Shown here: in pieces, positions 1 through 13,608 of the stretch | Layout of the letters: every line of letters begins with the position of its first letter | Numbering within the stretch: position 1 is the stretch's first letter | NCBI GenBank assembly: GCA_008632985.1 | Contig: QPGO01000052.1 | Coordinates: 186,001 to 250,000 of the forward strand | Source of the DNA: Psammoneis japonica | Lineage: Eukaryota | Length of the DNA stretch: 64,000 nt | Reading direction: 5' to 3' | Made by a program: the position numbers and the translations under genes | The notes under the pieces: generated by a model | Databases searched by the model: none | Told to the model about the DNA's origin: nothing | What the model saw: only the letters and a program-made list of their open reading frames with translations

Positions 1-297
1 GCCAAGATTTCATGTTGTTTCAGACATGCTTCTCTTGTGACCAGCACTCTGTTTGCTCTGCTTGTTTTTTGAGCAAGAGGAAAGAGGAGTGCTGGCGGCA
101 CAGAGAAAGTCAGCCTTCAGAGCTGCCTGTTGCATGGAGAGAAAGAAAAAAAAGAGAAAAATTTGCTCTTTTGCTCTCTGCCCAGATGTCCCACCCAGGA
201 GAAGAGTTTGTCCTGCTCCTGAGACAAAAAAGCAACGGCAAATGCAGAGACAACCTCCTGCTGCAATTTTGCAAAGCCAGCTGAAGTTGTGATCTGT

Positions 298-318
298 CAC
301 ACACACACACACACACAC
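298..318. repeat. (CA)n microsatellite
   Basis: cacacacacacacacacacac read directly. Confidence 0.9.
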
Positions 319-743
319 TTTTGAAACAAATTGCTGTGTCAATTGTCATGGTTGCTTTGGCTGTTTTCTGATGACACATGGCTCATCCAAATTTCATTGT
401 GAGCTGGATCTGCCGGAGTCAAGTCATCATTGAATGACATCATCTGCACGTGATTGCTGTGCAAACATGAAAGCTCAAGCCCTTGTTGGCTCTTCTATGC
501 ACTTGATTGAGCACTTCTTTGGAAGTTGGTTTGAGGCAAAATGATGTGTTTGCCTGTGGAAGCAGTCATCTGATTTGCTGGCCACAATGGAGAAACACCA
601 TTTGATGACCAGCAAGCTTGCTTCTTGCGTGTGCGTCAATTGCATGCACAGGCCCAGTGCAGCAGTTGACATTTGTGCTCTTCTTTTTGATTGTTTGTGT
701 TGTTCAAGCAGGCGCCATGGGCAAGGGCAAGCCTCGGTGCACA

Positions 744-846
744 TGACAGAAGGCAGCCTTTTTTCACAAAGGTCGCAGGGTGCTTCAAACAGCTTGACAG
801 AGGGCAGCCTTTTTCACGAAGGTCGCAAGGTGCTTCAGACAGCTTG
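744..846. repeat. ~50 bp imperfect tandem duplication
   Basis: tgacagaaggcagccttttttcacaaaggtcgcagggtgcttcaaacagct is followed by tgacagagggcagcctttttcacgaaggtcgcaaggtgcttcagacagct. Confidence 0.85.
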
Positions 847-2678
847 GGTGGCTCTTTGAGCATGTCATGTCTGAACCCCCATGGACCCAACAACACCTGT
901 GAGTTGTGGGCCCATTTCAATGTGTTTCGTTTGCAATTTGATCATCTTGCTGAGTCACAACTTGTGTCTCACACTCTTTTTTCCAGATGTTGACCACACA
1001 TTTGCAGATGAATGTGCATGGCCAATGGTGAAAAGCAGGAGCCAAACATTTGTGCAACTCTCATCTCTGTTTGAGCACCACAGCCATGTGCATTCTCAAG
1101 ATTGTTGCTCATTCAAGCCACCCAAATGTCTGGACCACACTTGTTTTTTCTCTGACTTTTCCTGCTTGCAGCCAGCTTGTAAGACTGCAAGACCCACAAG
1201 CACAATCAGGACAGAATGTTTTGTGTGCTTTGAGTGCCCACGCACAACTGCGCCATTGGCCACAAGTCTCGGACAAGCAGAAATCACCTGTCTTCTCAAG
1301 TCCTCACCCAAGAACATGACAACAGTTTTCCAAGTCACAAGTCAGTCAATGTGCCAGGATTCTTGTTTGAATCATCAGGCTGTTTTGAGTCAAAACAGTT
1401 AAAGACAGAAGAAATGCCAGGACATTTCAACAGCATTTGTTGTTCTGCAGGAATGGCATTCTGTTTCTTGGGGTCATGGTTTGTGTCATGCACCCTCAGA
1501 GCCTTTTGCATTGATTTCAGTCCTCTGCTTGAATCGCGTTGACACTCCCAAGATTCTGTCATCCATGCTGCCAAGAACCAAGCGAGACAAAGAATCACAT
1601 TTGCATTCAGGATTTGTGGAGCTCAACAAGACCTGCCAATTGTCTTCAAACGAAGAACTCTGTCACAGGTTTGACAAAATGTTGTGATGACAATCAAGAT
1701 GTGGCACGCTGTGTTGCTGCCTCAAGCCCACCGGTTGAATGGGAGTTCAAGTGGATGATTGGCTCAAAGTCTCCAACATTCCAATGTCAGACGCTCTCCC
1801 ATGAAACAGCTGCTCAGGTTTCTCAAACTCTGGGATCTTGAATGAAGCGAATCTTCCTCCAAGCTTGAAGTCGACGGCGAGCGACGGAAGCTTTGAACTC
1901 TACGTGCAAGCTAAGCTCCTCCAAGCATCGATCACTCAAGTCATTCGGGTTTCTCCATAGCACGAACTGCATCGACATGCATCTCGCAGTTTCATCGAGT
2001 TCAACAAGACGAGCGACTTTGGCGAAAGAGGCTGCTCGTTGAAGGCCAGACTACTGAACTTTTATGTCGAGTCGAAAAGATAGGAAACCAGTTTCGAAAA
2101 AAATTAGGATGGCTCGCCAAGCTACTAGAGTTTTTCCGTTTTGAAATACGTCCTTCATGTTGTTTGCCCACATATTTTGTTGCTCTGAGGCCTCTAAGGT
2201 GTACGTAGCAGCACTTGCCAGCAACTCGTACTGCCCTAACGGGCCACTTCACTCTATGCTGTAGAGCAAGCTTCTGACACAATCTTTCGCTCGCAGGAGT
2301 TTGCATTAAGCTCTTCGGGTTTCAGGCAGGCAGAGGAGCAGTGCTCCAAATCTGGATTGAATGTCGACCATACCGACAGGTTTTCGCCCCGGACATCGCG
2401 ACCAAAGGTCGTTAGTACAAAAATCAGCATGGTACCAAACACGCTTTGCAGCCAGAACAAAGCAGTGCGATGTGATACGTTTCCATCGCTTTATGCACGC
2501 GTCTTATGAGAAAAAAGCAGCTTGAACTAATGACGAACGGCTAGCATGGAAAACAACTGCTCTTGTATTCTAGTCACATCAAGGCAGGAGGCTCCTTCAG
2601 CAATGAAGCTTCGGCTAAAGGGGCGCCACCTGAAACACAAACACGACTGGCTCAGTCGGGTCTCGACGTAATCTTACT

Positions 2679-5600
2679 TCATTCAAAGTTCTCGAGCTCA
2701 AGCAGCTCGTCCTCAAGACGTTTCAATTCTTCTCTAATTTCCAAAATCCTCTCCTTTTTCTTCATATCTTCGTCTTCCTCAACATCCTCCATCTCTATGA
2801 AAGATAAACTTAGCCCTGATATTTTTCGCGAAGAATGTGCATGTAACATGAGGGTCGAACGAGTGCTATCGGTCAATACAACAGAACGCCTGTCAAAGTT
2901 GCGGAATCTAATCCTATCCTGGTCCTGCCCAAAGTCTTCGGGTCTAGCTAGCTCACGGAATTTGTGCAACCACGGCATAAGTGCCGTTATAAAAACAAGA
3001 CGCCACGCAGAGCAAGATCTCGTTGCAAAGTTCCCATCTTTGTTGTAGCGCAGTTGCATCAGATACAAGTAACCGAGTGTCTCCAAGTAAGGGTGTCTGT
3101 GCGCCTCATGAATGAGAATTTCTTTTCGCGACACTGTGGGCCAGTTGTCTGATGATCAACAGTCGCAAATGTGGTGATGAGGGCGTCGAAAGAAGACAGT
3201 AATGCCATATTCCCGTGTAATGTACTTACCCACTTCGATCGGACCAAACATGCCCACGCCGTCGGCGAACAGAGGAGTGTCAATCCTTCCGATATACATC
3301 GCGCCAAGGATCAAAATTTTCACAGCGCGCACCACCATGAAATAGACCGAAATAGCAGCTGAGTAGCATTCCATCGCTATGGTGACAATATTGGCAGCCA
3401 AGGGACTTTTGCGGTAGAAGGCCGTAAAAAATTTGTTGCGAAGCAACTGCAGAACAACAATCTTGGTTACAATGACGAGCCCTAGGCCAAGATAATTCCC
3501 GACAAGAGATAGGATGAACTCTGATGTTCTTTCCCAAGCAATCAAAAACACAAACGCTCCGACAATTATCGCAATCGAGGTTGCCGAAACTAATACGCCC
3601 CAAAACATGCCGCCGTACATCAAGGTGACTTGGTCCAAAGCAAAGCGGTACCTTAAGAATGACCAAGAGCGAAGGGAGGGTATCACGCCCCTTCTGAATT
3701 TCATGGTTGTCGACACCATAGTCGGCAGAAACACAATCGTCATGCCCACAGCTGTAAAGAAGCCCGCCGTAGCGCCCAACGCAATCACGGCTTTCGCTCT
3801 AGACGACAAAGAGAACAGATGGGTAAGAATCAAGAGGGAACTATTAGTAGCGCGGATACGCCTTGTACAGCAGTCAAGGAAGTCAGCTTACAATTTCTCG
3901 TCTTTCACTTCGTAGTCTTCTCTTTCCACAAGGTATTCAATGACGCGGTTCATTCCCAAGACAGCTATATAAGGAGTGGCGCAGCAGACGCCAATCTGAA
4001 ACACTGTGCCGAGAATCAATCGATTCGAAAGCCATATGCCTTTCAAGCCAAACACAGAAACGAGACTGAAATGTCAGGTAGCTGTCATTGGAAGAAGCCA
4101 ATATTCAAACTGTCTTACCATCTTCAGTGAAAAGAGTGCCATCTCTGATTCGTCTCCACGTGACACCAACTCCACCTATTTGTGTCATTATGCCGTCAAG
4201 CTTTGAATACTCGAACAGCCCCCTACCATAGTTTGTTAGCTTTTGTGACCGGACCCTCTTGGATTTGTTCCCTCCGCAACCACATGCCAGTTCCAAGGAT
4301 TCATGATGCAGCTGGAGAGCGCACGCGAGCATCTGATCTGTTTTGAACATGGCTGCTTTCTTGATTTTTGACTCGTAACTAACGTTTCCTAACGAGTAAT
4401 ACCATGTAAACCACTTTTGGTGTTCCGGTCGAGTACGCATCCAAACCATCACGAGATGAAACAATTGTAACACTGTGACCAAGAGCCCGCAGGCAAGGGA
4501 AACTATCCGAAAGGAAGATTCCCCGTTCGTGCTAAACCAGTATGGAACCTCCATGCGTACAAAAAAAGGAATGAACAAGAACACCAAGAACAACCCGATG
4601 CCAACTATCATTTGCGAAACACTTTCTCTTCCCTCGATACCATTCCCAATCGACGCGAGGCAAATGAAGGGGGTGCCAAATATTATGAGCTCCGCAACTA
4701 CGAGGAGAGCATTTACGACGCCACCAACAAAGGGGCAAGCCACTGTACTTAAGAAGTTCTTGTTGGACTCGTTGCAGACGTTGCTTTCGTATTTTGCAGT
4801 GGCACCGAAGAAAAGGTATACAACAAAGAATACGACAAAGGCGATCCACACAATAACGCCGTGAACTCTTGTTCGGTAGCCATCTGCTGCGTAGTCAATA
4901 GGTGAGGCGACAAAGAGACGCTCGTATACGGGATGTGCAGAGTCATTCTGTTCGCTTCTTCCTGGTTCTCCTTCCGCGGATCCCTCTTGTTTACCACGTC
5001 TGCGGCATCTTTCCTTCAGTCGGAGGAGCCCTTTTCGACATTTTTCGCCCAACGTTTCTTCGTGCAAAAGGTTACTGGCGACACGCGACATGCCAAACTC
5101 CTCGTCATCTTCGCTGTCCGTTCGAGAGCCGCCTTTTGTTCCATTTGCATCGCCAAAGACGTCCTGAAAATTGGTTGAGATGCGGTCTTCTCTTGCGGGA
5201 TCGTATGTACGTTTTACGTCGGAAGTCAAGCCGTCAATAAAAGAATCAGTGTCCAGCACATGACTTGAGCCAGAAGTGCATTCAACCATTTCGCGAACCA
5301 GCTGCTTATCTTGAGCAAGGTGCTCTTCTCCATAACAGAGAAGAATATCTCTAACTAGCTTTGAGTTGATTGGTTTCGGCTCTGCGGATCCCGTAACGTC
5401 AACTAGGATAAGGGAGAGGACATCCTTGAATACTTCATGACCCAGGCCATTGTTCTGCCCGTCTTGTTTGGTCTCGCTGTCGCTTGTATCAACGTTGCGG
5501 CACTGTGGACAATGACACTCTGGGTCCTGTACATCACCCCCTTCTTGCCTTCGCTCAGTCCTCTTGCGACGCAGCCGCAGTAAAGATGGAATAACCAAAG

Positions 5601-6135
5601 CAGCCGTCAACTCGACAAGGTCCATCGTAGCTTGCTCATCGTCGTGCATATCACTTTGCAACGCGCGATCGTTGTCAACCTTGTCGGCAGTCAACCCTCC
5701 TAACACCACATTTCTCACCGTTTCTGTCGTCAAATTGAGTCCGTGACGGCTCTTCAGAAATGCAGCTATCTCCTGCGCTGACACTGATCCGTCTTCTGTT
5801 AACGCCTTCATATTGCTACACTGATGCAAGCTGGAAATATACTCCAACTCGGCAACGTCAGAATATGGAGCGACAGGTGAAGCATGGCATATCTGGCCAT
5901 TGTGTGTCATAAACTTAACGCCCTTAACCGCTCCTTTTAAAGCAACTGTCGCGGATTTCTTGGCAGCCGTCCCAACCTTCTCAACTGTTTCCGTTACAGG
6001 CTGCAGGGTAGAAGTCGACGTGAAAGCCTGCGTCTTGTCTTCCTGGTCGAGCTCTCGTTTCACAGCCTTGGAAGAACCTAGCATTTTGTTCACCTCTATG
6101 TTGTGATTCTCGGTTTCTCTCCCGACGCCGTCCAT
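2679..6135 (-). CDS. Multi-pass membrane protein, STRA6/RBP-receptor-like, 4 exons (approx. 6135-4119, 4039-3892, 3798-3230, 3148-2679)
   Basis: ORFs 4105..6135, 3156..3833 and 2679..3134 join through GT-AG introns. Many hydrophobic helices. The C-terminal 'GRIDTPLF...EAHRHPY...WRLVFITALMPWLHKFR' resembles the STRA6-family C-terminus. An EF-hand-like 'DGSVSAQEIAAFL' lies near the N-terminus. Confidence 0.7.
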
Positions 6136-6654
6136 TTCTCAGGATCCCTGGAGAAGCAAGCCTCTAAAACAAATTATACTGGTAAGTTGTTTGGTGTTTA
6201 TTGATCGATGCAGCGTCCGCCGTTCCATGAAGCATCGCCGTCGGCCATTTGCGATTGGCGAACAAAAGTAGGGAAAGCAAGTACTTCTACATACTGTATG
6301 ATACGTAAGCAAGAGCCACGCAAAATACCGTTTACGCGACAGACATTTTACTTATGCCCATCACTTTGTATAGCGAAAAGTGAAAGAACTCGTGGTACTG
6401 TACACTGTAGCTTTCTACGTAGCCTAGTAAATTCAAGTGAAAGAAGTCGCCATGGCGGTGCACCGTAGGCACCGTAGTGTGGTTCGATTTTGACAACTTC
6501 GCTTGCTTTTTGCGACTGCAGAAGTGACACCAATCGACAACACGAAGCAGACATGACATGCGTGACGAAGCGAATGTTGATTTGTGGCGTGTTTCATGCT
6601 AGAAATGGACTTGTTGTTGCTTTCAAAGGATTGTGCAGACAGCTGCTTCTGGGC

Positions 6655-7000
6655 TTCAGCCACTTCAAAATCTTGACATCAAGAATTTCAACTGCTTCAA
6701 AATTTGATGTTGATTGCTTCAACCACTTCAAAATCTGGGCACAGAGGACTTCAAAATCTTGATGTTGAGCACTCTGGGTGCTTCAAAATCTGGGCATCAT
6801 AGATCTCAACCAAACAAAAATCTTGGCATGTGTCAGCGGCTTCTCTCAACCAACACTTCAAAATCCAGGCATCATGGATTGCAACTGCTTCAAAATCTTG
6901 ACACCAAGAATTTCAACCACTCCAAAGTTTTGATGTCAAGGATTTCAAACACTTCAAAATCTTGATCATGTCGAGGATTTTAAACACTTCCAAATCTCTC
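6655..7000. repeat. Degenerate tandem repeat with core (ac)ttcaaaatct(tg)
   Basis: The cttcaaaat core recurs near 6663, 6695, 6726, 6749, 6781, 6856, 6888 and 6952. Confidence 0.75.
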
Positions 7001-8943
7001 AGCATGTTGAGGCCACCCACTCTTCTTCCAGCGCATCTCATGTTGCGAGACCCAAAACAAACAGCAGCAGCAGCAACAACAACAGCATGAGCCAAAATGA
7101 CAACTGTGCTGACCTTTGTCTGGTGTTCACTTGCAGCAAGAGCATGGGCAGCTCTGGCTCCCATGCACTCCTTGCTGGTGACAACAACTCCCAGATGTGT
7201 CCGTTGCAGCACCCCCTTGTCTGACTGTGGGGAAGTCCTGCAAAAAATCTGGAGACCAACACCAGCTCTCCAGTGCCAGCCAGATGACCCTCTGCAAAAT
7301 GTTGATGGTGCATGTTTCATTCACAAAAAAATGTGGCAATGCTGTGTCTCTTCCATCCACACTGTGCCAACCCCACCATGCTGCAACACAAAGCAATCAT
7401 TTGGGGTCAAATGAGAGACAAAAAAAAGGTTGGCAAAAGTTCGCAATGTTGGGACAAAGAGCTGCTCATCTGACAAACAAAAAGCAGTTGCTGCCATGAC
7501 CAACAGAACACTGGGGGCATTTGCAGAGAGCAGCACCCACTGCCCAGTCCTTGACACACGGAGCTCCAGCCACATTGACATGCCAGAGAAAAGCCAACCT
7601 GCAGCTTGCAAGCAAGAACCATGCTGTGGGCCACAGGAGCCTGTCATTGTCATGCAAAAACACCTTAAAGTTTGGCTCTGCAACAGACAAATTTAGCCCA
7701 ATTGTGACCTGTGGGCAGTCACACTCCTTCTTGTGCCCAAACCCTGCCAAGAAAAAGCCACCAACGTTGAGACCTGTGTGTGGCAAATGCATGCATCATG
7801 CAAAAACTGAGCTTGGTCACATGACCTCACCTCTTCTTGGTTCCCAGCTGCTCTGATGCATGGAAGATTTCAGAGATTCTAAAGGACTGTCCATTTCATC
7901 ACAGCTCTAGACATTGGCAAAAGGCTTCCTCCACCAAATCCATGTGGCAGAATCCTCTCACAAGAAAAGCCACCTTTTGGGAGCCAGATGGACAAAAGTG
8001 TGCATGCCAAGTCCTTCCATTGGGCCATTGAATGGACCATCATTCTGCAGCACCATGACAGTGCATCTGTGAGACAAGTGGACCAACCTGGCAAAAGTCA
8101 AGCTCCCTCCTGCCAATGTTTTTAGAGCAAAGTCCTCCAATGATGTTGCCCTCCTTTGGAGCAAACAGCAAACAAGTCTTCTCATTTGTTTGGCTGCATC
8201 TGCAAAGCACTCATCAAGCACAGAGTTGGTTTCTGCCTTTGCAAATGTGAGCTCTTTTGCAGTCAAATTAAGTGGCTTTGTGTCAACACAGCCAGCCATG
8301 GAAACTTGCCCACTGGAGCATCTGAGCTCCCTCTTGTTTCAAATTGGCCAATCCCTGTGGACTGTGAGTGCCTCCACTTGTTTGTGGGGCTGTGGGGCTT
8401 CTGCTCCAAGTAGATTGACAATTGACTGGCACAAAATTGACATTGGATGACCACTCTGCAAATCCTTGAAACATGCAAGCACAAGCTCCTCTCCACAGAC
8501 TTTTTGGAGACAAAAATCAAGACCTCAAACAGTTGCTCAACTCAGCCAAAGAAAAAATCCTTGCTGGCCTTGCAAGATGTGACTGTCCAAACTGTTTCTC
8601 TTCAAAACTGACTGGTGCTAAATGGGCATGGGACACATCTTTCTGCAGCCAGAAGACACAAACAAAGCAAACAAGGTGCTCAATGCTTTGGATGATGGTG
8701 GAACATTCCACCAAAGTTGTCTGGTCCACACCTCTGACCTCTCAAGTGTGGCATCAGCCTCTGGCAGTCATTGCGCCATCAACAAGGATGAGGGTTTGAG
8801 ATTGTTTGACACTCCAGATTGTTGAATGACAAGAGATGCAGATGTGCCACCATCTCAACAGTGCACCCCCAGGCTTGCCAGTCAAAACTTGCCTTGACTG
8901 TGCTGCTGAGCACCTGCACTTCTGCTGAGCTCAACAACCTGGA

Positions 8944-8968
8944 TCTCTCTCTCTCTCTCTCTCTCTCT
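8944..8968. repeat. (TC)n microsatellite
   Basis: Run of tc repeats read directly. Confidence 0.9.
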
Positions 8969-11900
8969 TCAAGAGACCCAAAAAGACAAAGCAAAAGTGA
9001 GAACAAGCAATCAGGCTCTGCCAGAGAATGACAGCATTGGTTGCTGCTCCTGTCTGAGCTGGAGGGGTGATGTTTCAATGTCCTCTTTTGAGGCAATGTT
9101 CTTGGTGCTGTTCCAAGTCAGGGATCTCAACAATCTTGAAGAACTTTTCCAGGTTTGCTTGCACTGGGCATGCACATATGCTGGTGCATGGGGAACAAAA
9201 TTGGCTGCAATCTTGATCTGCATCATTTTCCATGTGGTGATGCAGTGAGGTGGGGTCAACAGCCACTTGGCACACACCTGAGAAGGGGGGCACATCTTGC
9301 TCCAGTTGTGCATTGAATGTGCAAAGGAGTTCTTGGTTGACTCAAATGGAATTCAATGTGGTGAATCAAGCTTGTGATTGGAGTTCCCGTTCCATGGTCT
9401 GTGATGCTGCTTTCCAGCTGTCAGCAGATGATGCTCTCAACAACAGTTTGTTGATTTCAAAGACTGGCACAACTCCCTGCAATGCACAATGTAGATTGTT
9501 GCAGCATTGTCAACAACATCAAGTGTCATTGAGAGAAGGACACTTGACAAAGGCCTGTGAAACTGAATTCACAGAATGCAGTGCTCGTTGCACCAAAGGA
9601 TGACAACAAATCCTTGCTCTGTCCATCCACTTGTCCAACAATTTTGATTTCACACTCGGACTCACAGGACCAACAAAATCTCACCCACACGCAGATGCCA
9701 CACGCGGGGAAATTCTTGAGCAATCATGTTGTTTGCCATCTGGCCAAGCTTGGCACAATGCAAGAGGTGGCTGACAGGTGTGACCCATTTTGTGGGAAAT
9801 GCCTGAATTGTTTTCACCATGTTGGGCAAGCTTGCACAGCACGCCAATGCTTCTGTTGCAGGGATGGACAGGGCAAACCACACCAATGGGCATGCCAACC
9901 TGCAATGGCTCCCTGCATTGCTTCACAAATCCAAAGAAGACAATCAAATTTCAGAAAGGCGGTGCATGATCAATGGCACCTGGGGCATTGAAGTCAGGAA
10001 AGAACTGGGTGCACAACAAAAAACTCAAACTTGAGGTCCTTCTCAAATTCTCATTGAGGCCTTGGCATTGACAAAGGGGAGAAACAGAGAGCTCCAAATG
10101 CTGCACAGGAGAGCTGATCTCCAGAAATCCAGCACAACTTCAGAGCTGCTGACGCTCCTTTTGATGACAACAGGAAGCTTCAAAAGGGCTTTGCAGACAG
10201 CACAAGAACAAGAAAGGTCAGTCATTGAGGGATTGACATCCATCATCTGTCTGCATCTCTGATCATTTGAGAATGAAATGTCAGCCAGAGATGGCTTGTT
10301 GTCCGGCCACCATTTGACAGAGCAGCCCACTGCACCAAATTGAGAAACCAGTCAATGCCTGCCAAACATGCAATGCAAAGGGATGGAGTTGCTTGGAAAT
10401 GAGAACATTGGAGGAAATTGCTGGTTGTGCCAGCTCCTGTTTCATTGACCAACTTAAATTCTGCTAAGTTCCGTGTGGGCTTGCCCACAAAACACAATGA
10501 CAGCAATGGCTGCAGTGGCTGCACATTAAAAACCAAAAGATGCATTTTTTGAGCCACCTGCCTCCAGTGCCTGAAATCTTTGCCCACTCAAGTGGTCTTT
10601 CATGTCAACAAAGCCTTTGTTGCCCCTGGTGGTGAACAATGTCAACCATGAAGGAAAGCCCACAGCAGGCACAGGAAGGGCACCCCCATTTGTTGCTCCT
10701 TTTTTTCTGCTCTGTCAGACAGTGCAGTGTGAAGCTAAACGAAAGCATTCTTGACTCCTGCTCACTCCCCATGGTCACCACATGGTGTGTGGCATGTGTT
10801 GGAATGGTTGAGTCAAACAGCAGTCAGCCTGAAACTCAAATCATGCCACTCTGTCTCATCTTTGCACATGCAGCTGCACATCTACACACCATGTTGGTGC
10901 ACCCACAGTTTTTTCAAAGCAGGTGTGACCATCTCATTTTGTTGGCAATTTGGTGCTGCTCACAGGAGCCTCTTGCACAAAAACCAAAACACACAAGAAA
11001 GACCACACATGAAGGCATCCCATGCAAAACAAGAAGCCCATGGAACAGAAGAGCAGCACAACAGACCCAGCCAGATGCTCCTCTGTCTACAAAAAACCGA
11101 TGACACTCAGATGTTTCAGTGCTGTTGCCAACTCAGCATTTTTCTGCATTCATTTCTGAAAGTGAAAAAAGCCAGAGAAAAGGAGTGCAAAGATTGCTGC
11201 CAACTCACAAAAGTGATGGCACATTTTTGCAATTCTGTGGTGGCACAAAAAGGGGCTGCAAAACATGACACCCCCACACTGGCTGCCCTTGTTGTTGCTT
11301 TGAACACAAAAGCTGCAAAGCTGAGCATCTTAAAAAGGTGGTGGTGTGTGCTTGCTTTTCTGTTGAAAAGGAGAAACGAGTTGTCTTGGGGCAAAGCAAA
11401 GCTGCAACAAGCCACCATGCAGGGGCATGTTCTGCAACAACATGCAAAAACTGACAGCTCTGCAAACCATCAAAAAGGAGTTTTTGCCACAAGAAAAGCA
11501 CTGTGCCATGCTGTGTGTTCCACTCAAGCAAGCAGCAATGTCTTGCCCACTGGGTTGAGGTGCAAGGCAATGTGGCATGGCAGTGCCACCATTTTGCTTG
11601 TTCACCTGCAGAGAGAGCAGCTAGAATGACTTCAAGTTTTTGCAGAGCTGGAAATGGGTTGATGCCAACTGCTTGCTTGCACATGCCTCCTGATGCTTGG
11701 ATGGAAGAGCAGTGCAGCAGCCCACCAACATGAGGAACAAAGGTGCACAAAAGCCCCCTGCACTCATCACAAGATGTCTTTGACATGAGTGAGCATTTGA
11801 AGTTCATGAGGCGCAGGCAATCCCATCTGGGTCACACCCCATTTGCAAAGATTCTTGTGCACTGGGAATGAGAGTTCATGAGTGCACTTTCTCACAGGCT

Positions 11901-12365
11901 CTAACCCCCCATGTTTTGTGCAGTCTTCAAGGTCTTGATGGGGGGATCTTCAGCAACTTGCTGCCATGATGTGGATGCTGGTGATTTCTTCCATTACAAA
12001 GAGCACTTGAAACAGTGGTTAAAGGTGGGTTCAGCTTAGACTTTGTAAATCCTTTCCAAGTTGCTCACAACATGTTTTGCATTTTTTGTGATGTCACTCC
12101 AGGCGTTCCCCGTTCGGTCTTTATTTCCTACAGCTGACAAGGTGGCGGTGTAAATTACGATATGATGCCTTGAGTTTTCATAGAAGCCGTTTCAACAAAC
12201 TGAAGCATGATTTGATTAGTCCTTCCCGTTCCATGCGGCACCTGTAGGACGGAACGCTTCGTGTGCATCTAGCTTTCTAAGAAAAAGTAGTATCTGACAA
12301 GTTAAATTCTCTAGAAATATTAGCGGTTAATCTCTAATCAAATGACCATGTAGTTCTCTTCATCG

Positions 12366-13301
12366 CTAGCTTCCACCGCCTACATATCCCTCGTCAAGAG
12401 GGCCCGAGTCGGCGGCGGCAAGTTTTGCACCATCATCTGTACCAAAGAGTTGTGTGTACACCGGAAGCAGGGCACTGTAGGCATTCTGCTTGTATTTGCT
12501 GTCGTAGACATACTGTGTATTGACTGGGGCTCCAGGTCGATGGGCATGCGAGTCCTCAAGTACCCACGATAGCCATGCGGATGCAGCATTTTCTCGTGCT
12601 TCAGCCACCGCATTTATGTTGCCAACGGTTATTGGCATTTTCAAGCACGTGTAAAGCGGACCACGAACAAGCAAATCCAATTCACTTGGAGATGGGTCGT
12701 TGGGAACAGCTCCCTCCAATGATGCAATAGTCGCTTGTATCGACGAGACGAGTTCTTCTGTTCCAAAGTTCGAGTCGAATTCGTTTCTTGCACCCGAGTA
12801 CTCAAAGGACTTGCGACCCAACTCTTCTGGCCCGGGATAGGACCCATCTGGCTTTCTCATCTCATAGGCCCCGTATGCTCTTGGACGAAAATCCAACGTA
12901 AAAATAAGAGAGTCTCCGTCCACCGCACATTGCGATAGCAAGTGAGGAACGTCGGTAAGAGGCCCGCAGAATATGGTGAGCGATGACAAGCGTTCCGCTA
13001 CACAAAGTGACGACAGCCAAGCAATATTAGCTGGACCTGGAGCGTCACGAGCATCTAATTTGGCTGTAGACGCTCCGATTGGCTCAGCAGCCCACGAACA
13101 ATCCGCCTTGGGCGCCAAGTCCGGAATAGCCCCAGCAATCGCATCCACACTTGCTGCTTGAGCCGCTTCGAGCGCTCCAATAGCATCTGCTGCCGTAGCT
13201 TTTAATGCACGGGAGACCTGACCAAATCTTTTAACTGGAGTGGTCACAAAGGCTGTGGCCGCGTCCAGAACGGCGAATGCCGCGAGCAGTCGAAGCATCA
13301 T
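12366..13301 (-). CDS. RCCR: Plastid-targeted red chlorophyll catabolite reductase-like protein (ferredoxin-dependent bilin reductase family)
   Basis: Single-exon 311 aa ORF. Signal peptide ends 'ATA-F' (diatom bipartite plastid leader). The motif 'TDVPHLLSQ...SLIFTLDFRPR' is typical of RCCR. Confidence 0.7.
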   Translation of the reverse strand: MMLRLLAAFAVLDAATAFVTTPVKRFGQVSRALKATAADAIGALEAAQAASVDAIAGAIPDLAPKADCSWAAEPIGASTAKLDARDAPGPANIAWLSSLCVAERLSSLTIFCGPLTDVPHLLSQCAVDGDSLIFTLDFRPRAYGAYEMRKPDGSYPGPEELGRKSFEYSGARNEFDSNFGTEELVSSIQATIASLEGAVPNDPSPSELDLLVRGPLYTCLKMPITVGNINAVAEARENAASAWLSWVLEDSHAHRPGAPVNTQYVYDSKYKQNAYSALLPVYTQLFGTDDGAKLAAADSGPLDEGYVGGGS

Positions 13302-13608
13302 TGATGTTGTGTTCCCTCACACCGGTCCCCTCACACCTTGACGTTGAACGTGTGTTTTGGGAAGCGATGATTTTTTGCCGCCGTCCGCGCCAATGCGTGC
13401 GTCATTGCCAATCTCCGGGTGTCTTTTTCAAAAGATGGCGCCAAAAAATATCCAACGCGCACCCGACCGACGCGCGATCCGAGTGAGAGCAAGAAGATCT
13501 CGCGGCAACACGCAAATCCGTTCTGTTGATCATTGCTTAGCCAAGAGCCAAGCAGCAAGGACACAGCAAAGCCATACCGTAGGCCCTAGCTCAAGGATCA
13601 CTGATACC

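Larger units (their letters stand above)
1..1890. other. TpA- and CpG-depleted degenerate (heterochromatic/TE-relic) block 1
   Basis: I find only about three TA dinucleotides (near 496, 1180, 1400) in the first ~1.9 kb. CG is rare. Overlapping six-frame ORFs are Cys/His/Gln-rich, nearly Tyr-free and resemble no recognisable protein. Confidence 0.85.
6550..12100. other. TpA/CpG-depleted degenerate block 2
   Basis: Same compositional signature as block 1. No intact gene. ORFs end almost only at TGA because TAA and TAG are missing. Confidence 0.85.

Noticed and set aside
6550..12100. Classical fungal RIP or simple CpG decay as the explanation for block composition
   Set aside because: RIP raises TpA and CpG decay leaves it unchanged. 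Here TpA is eliminated, including in DNA that still has CpG.
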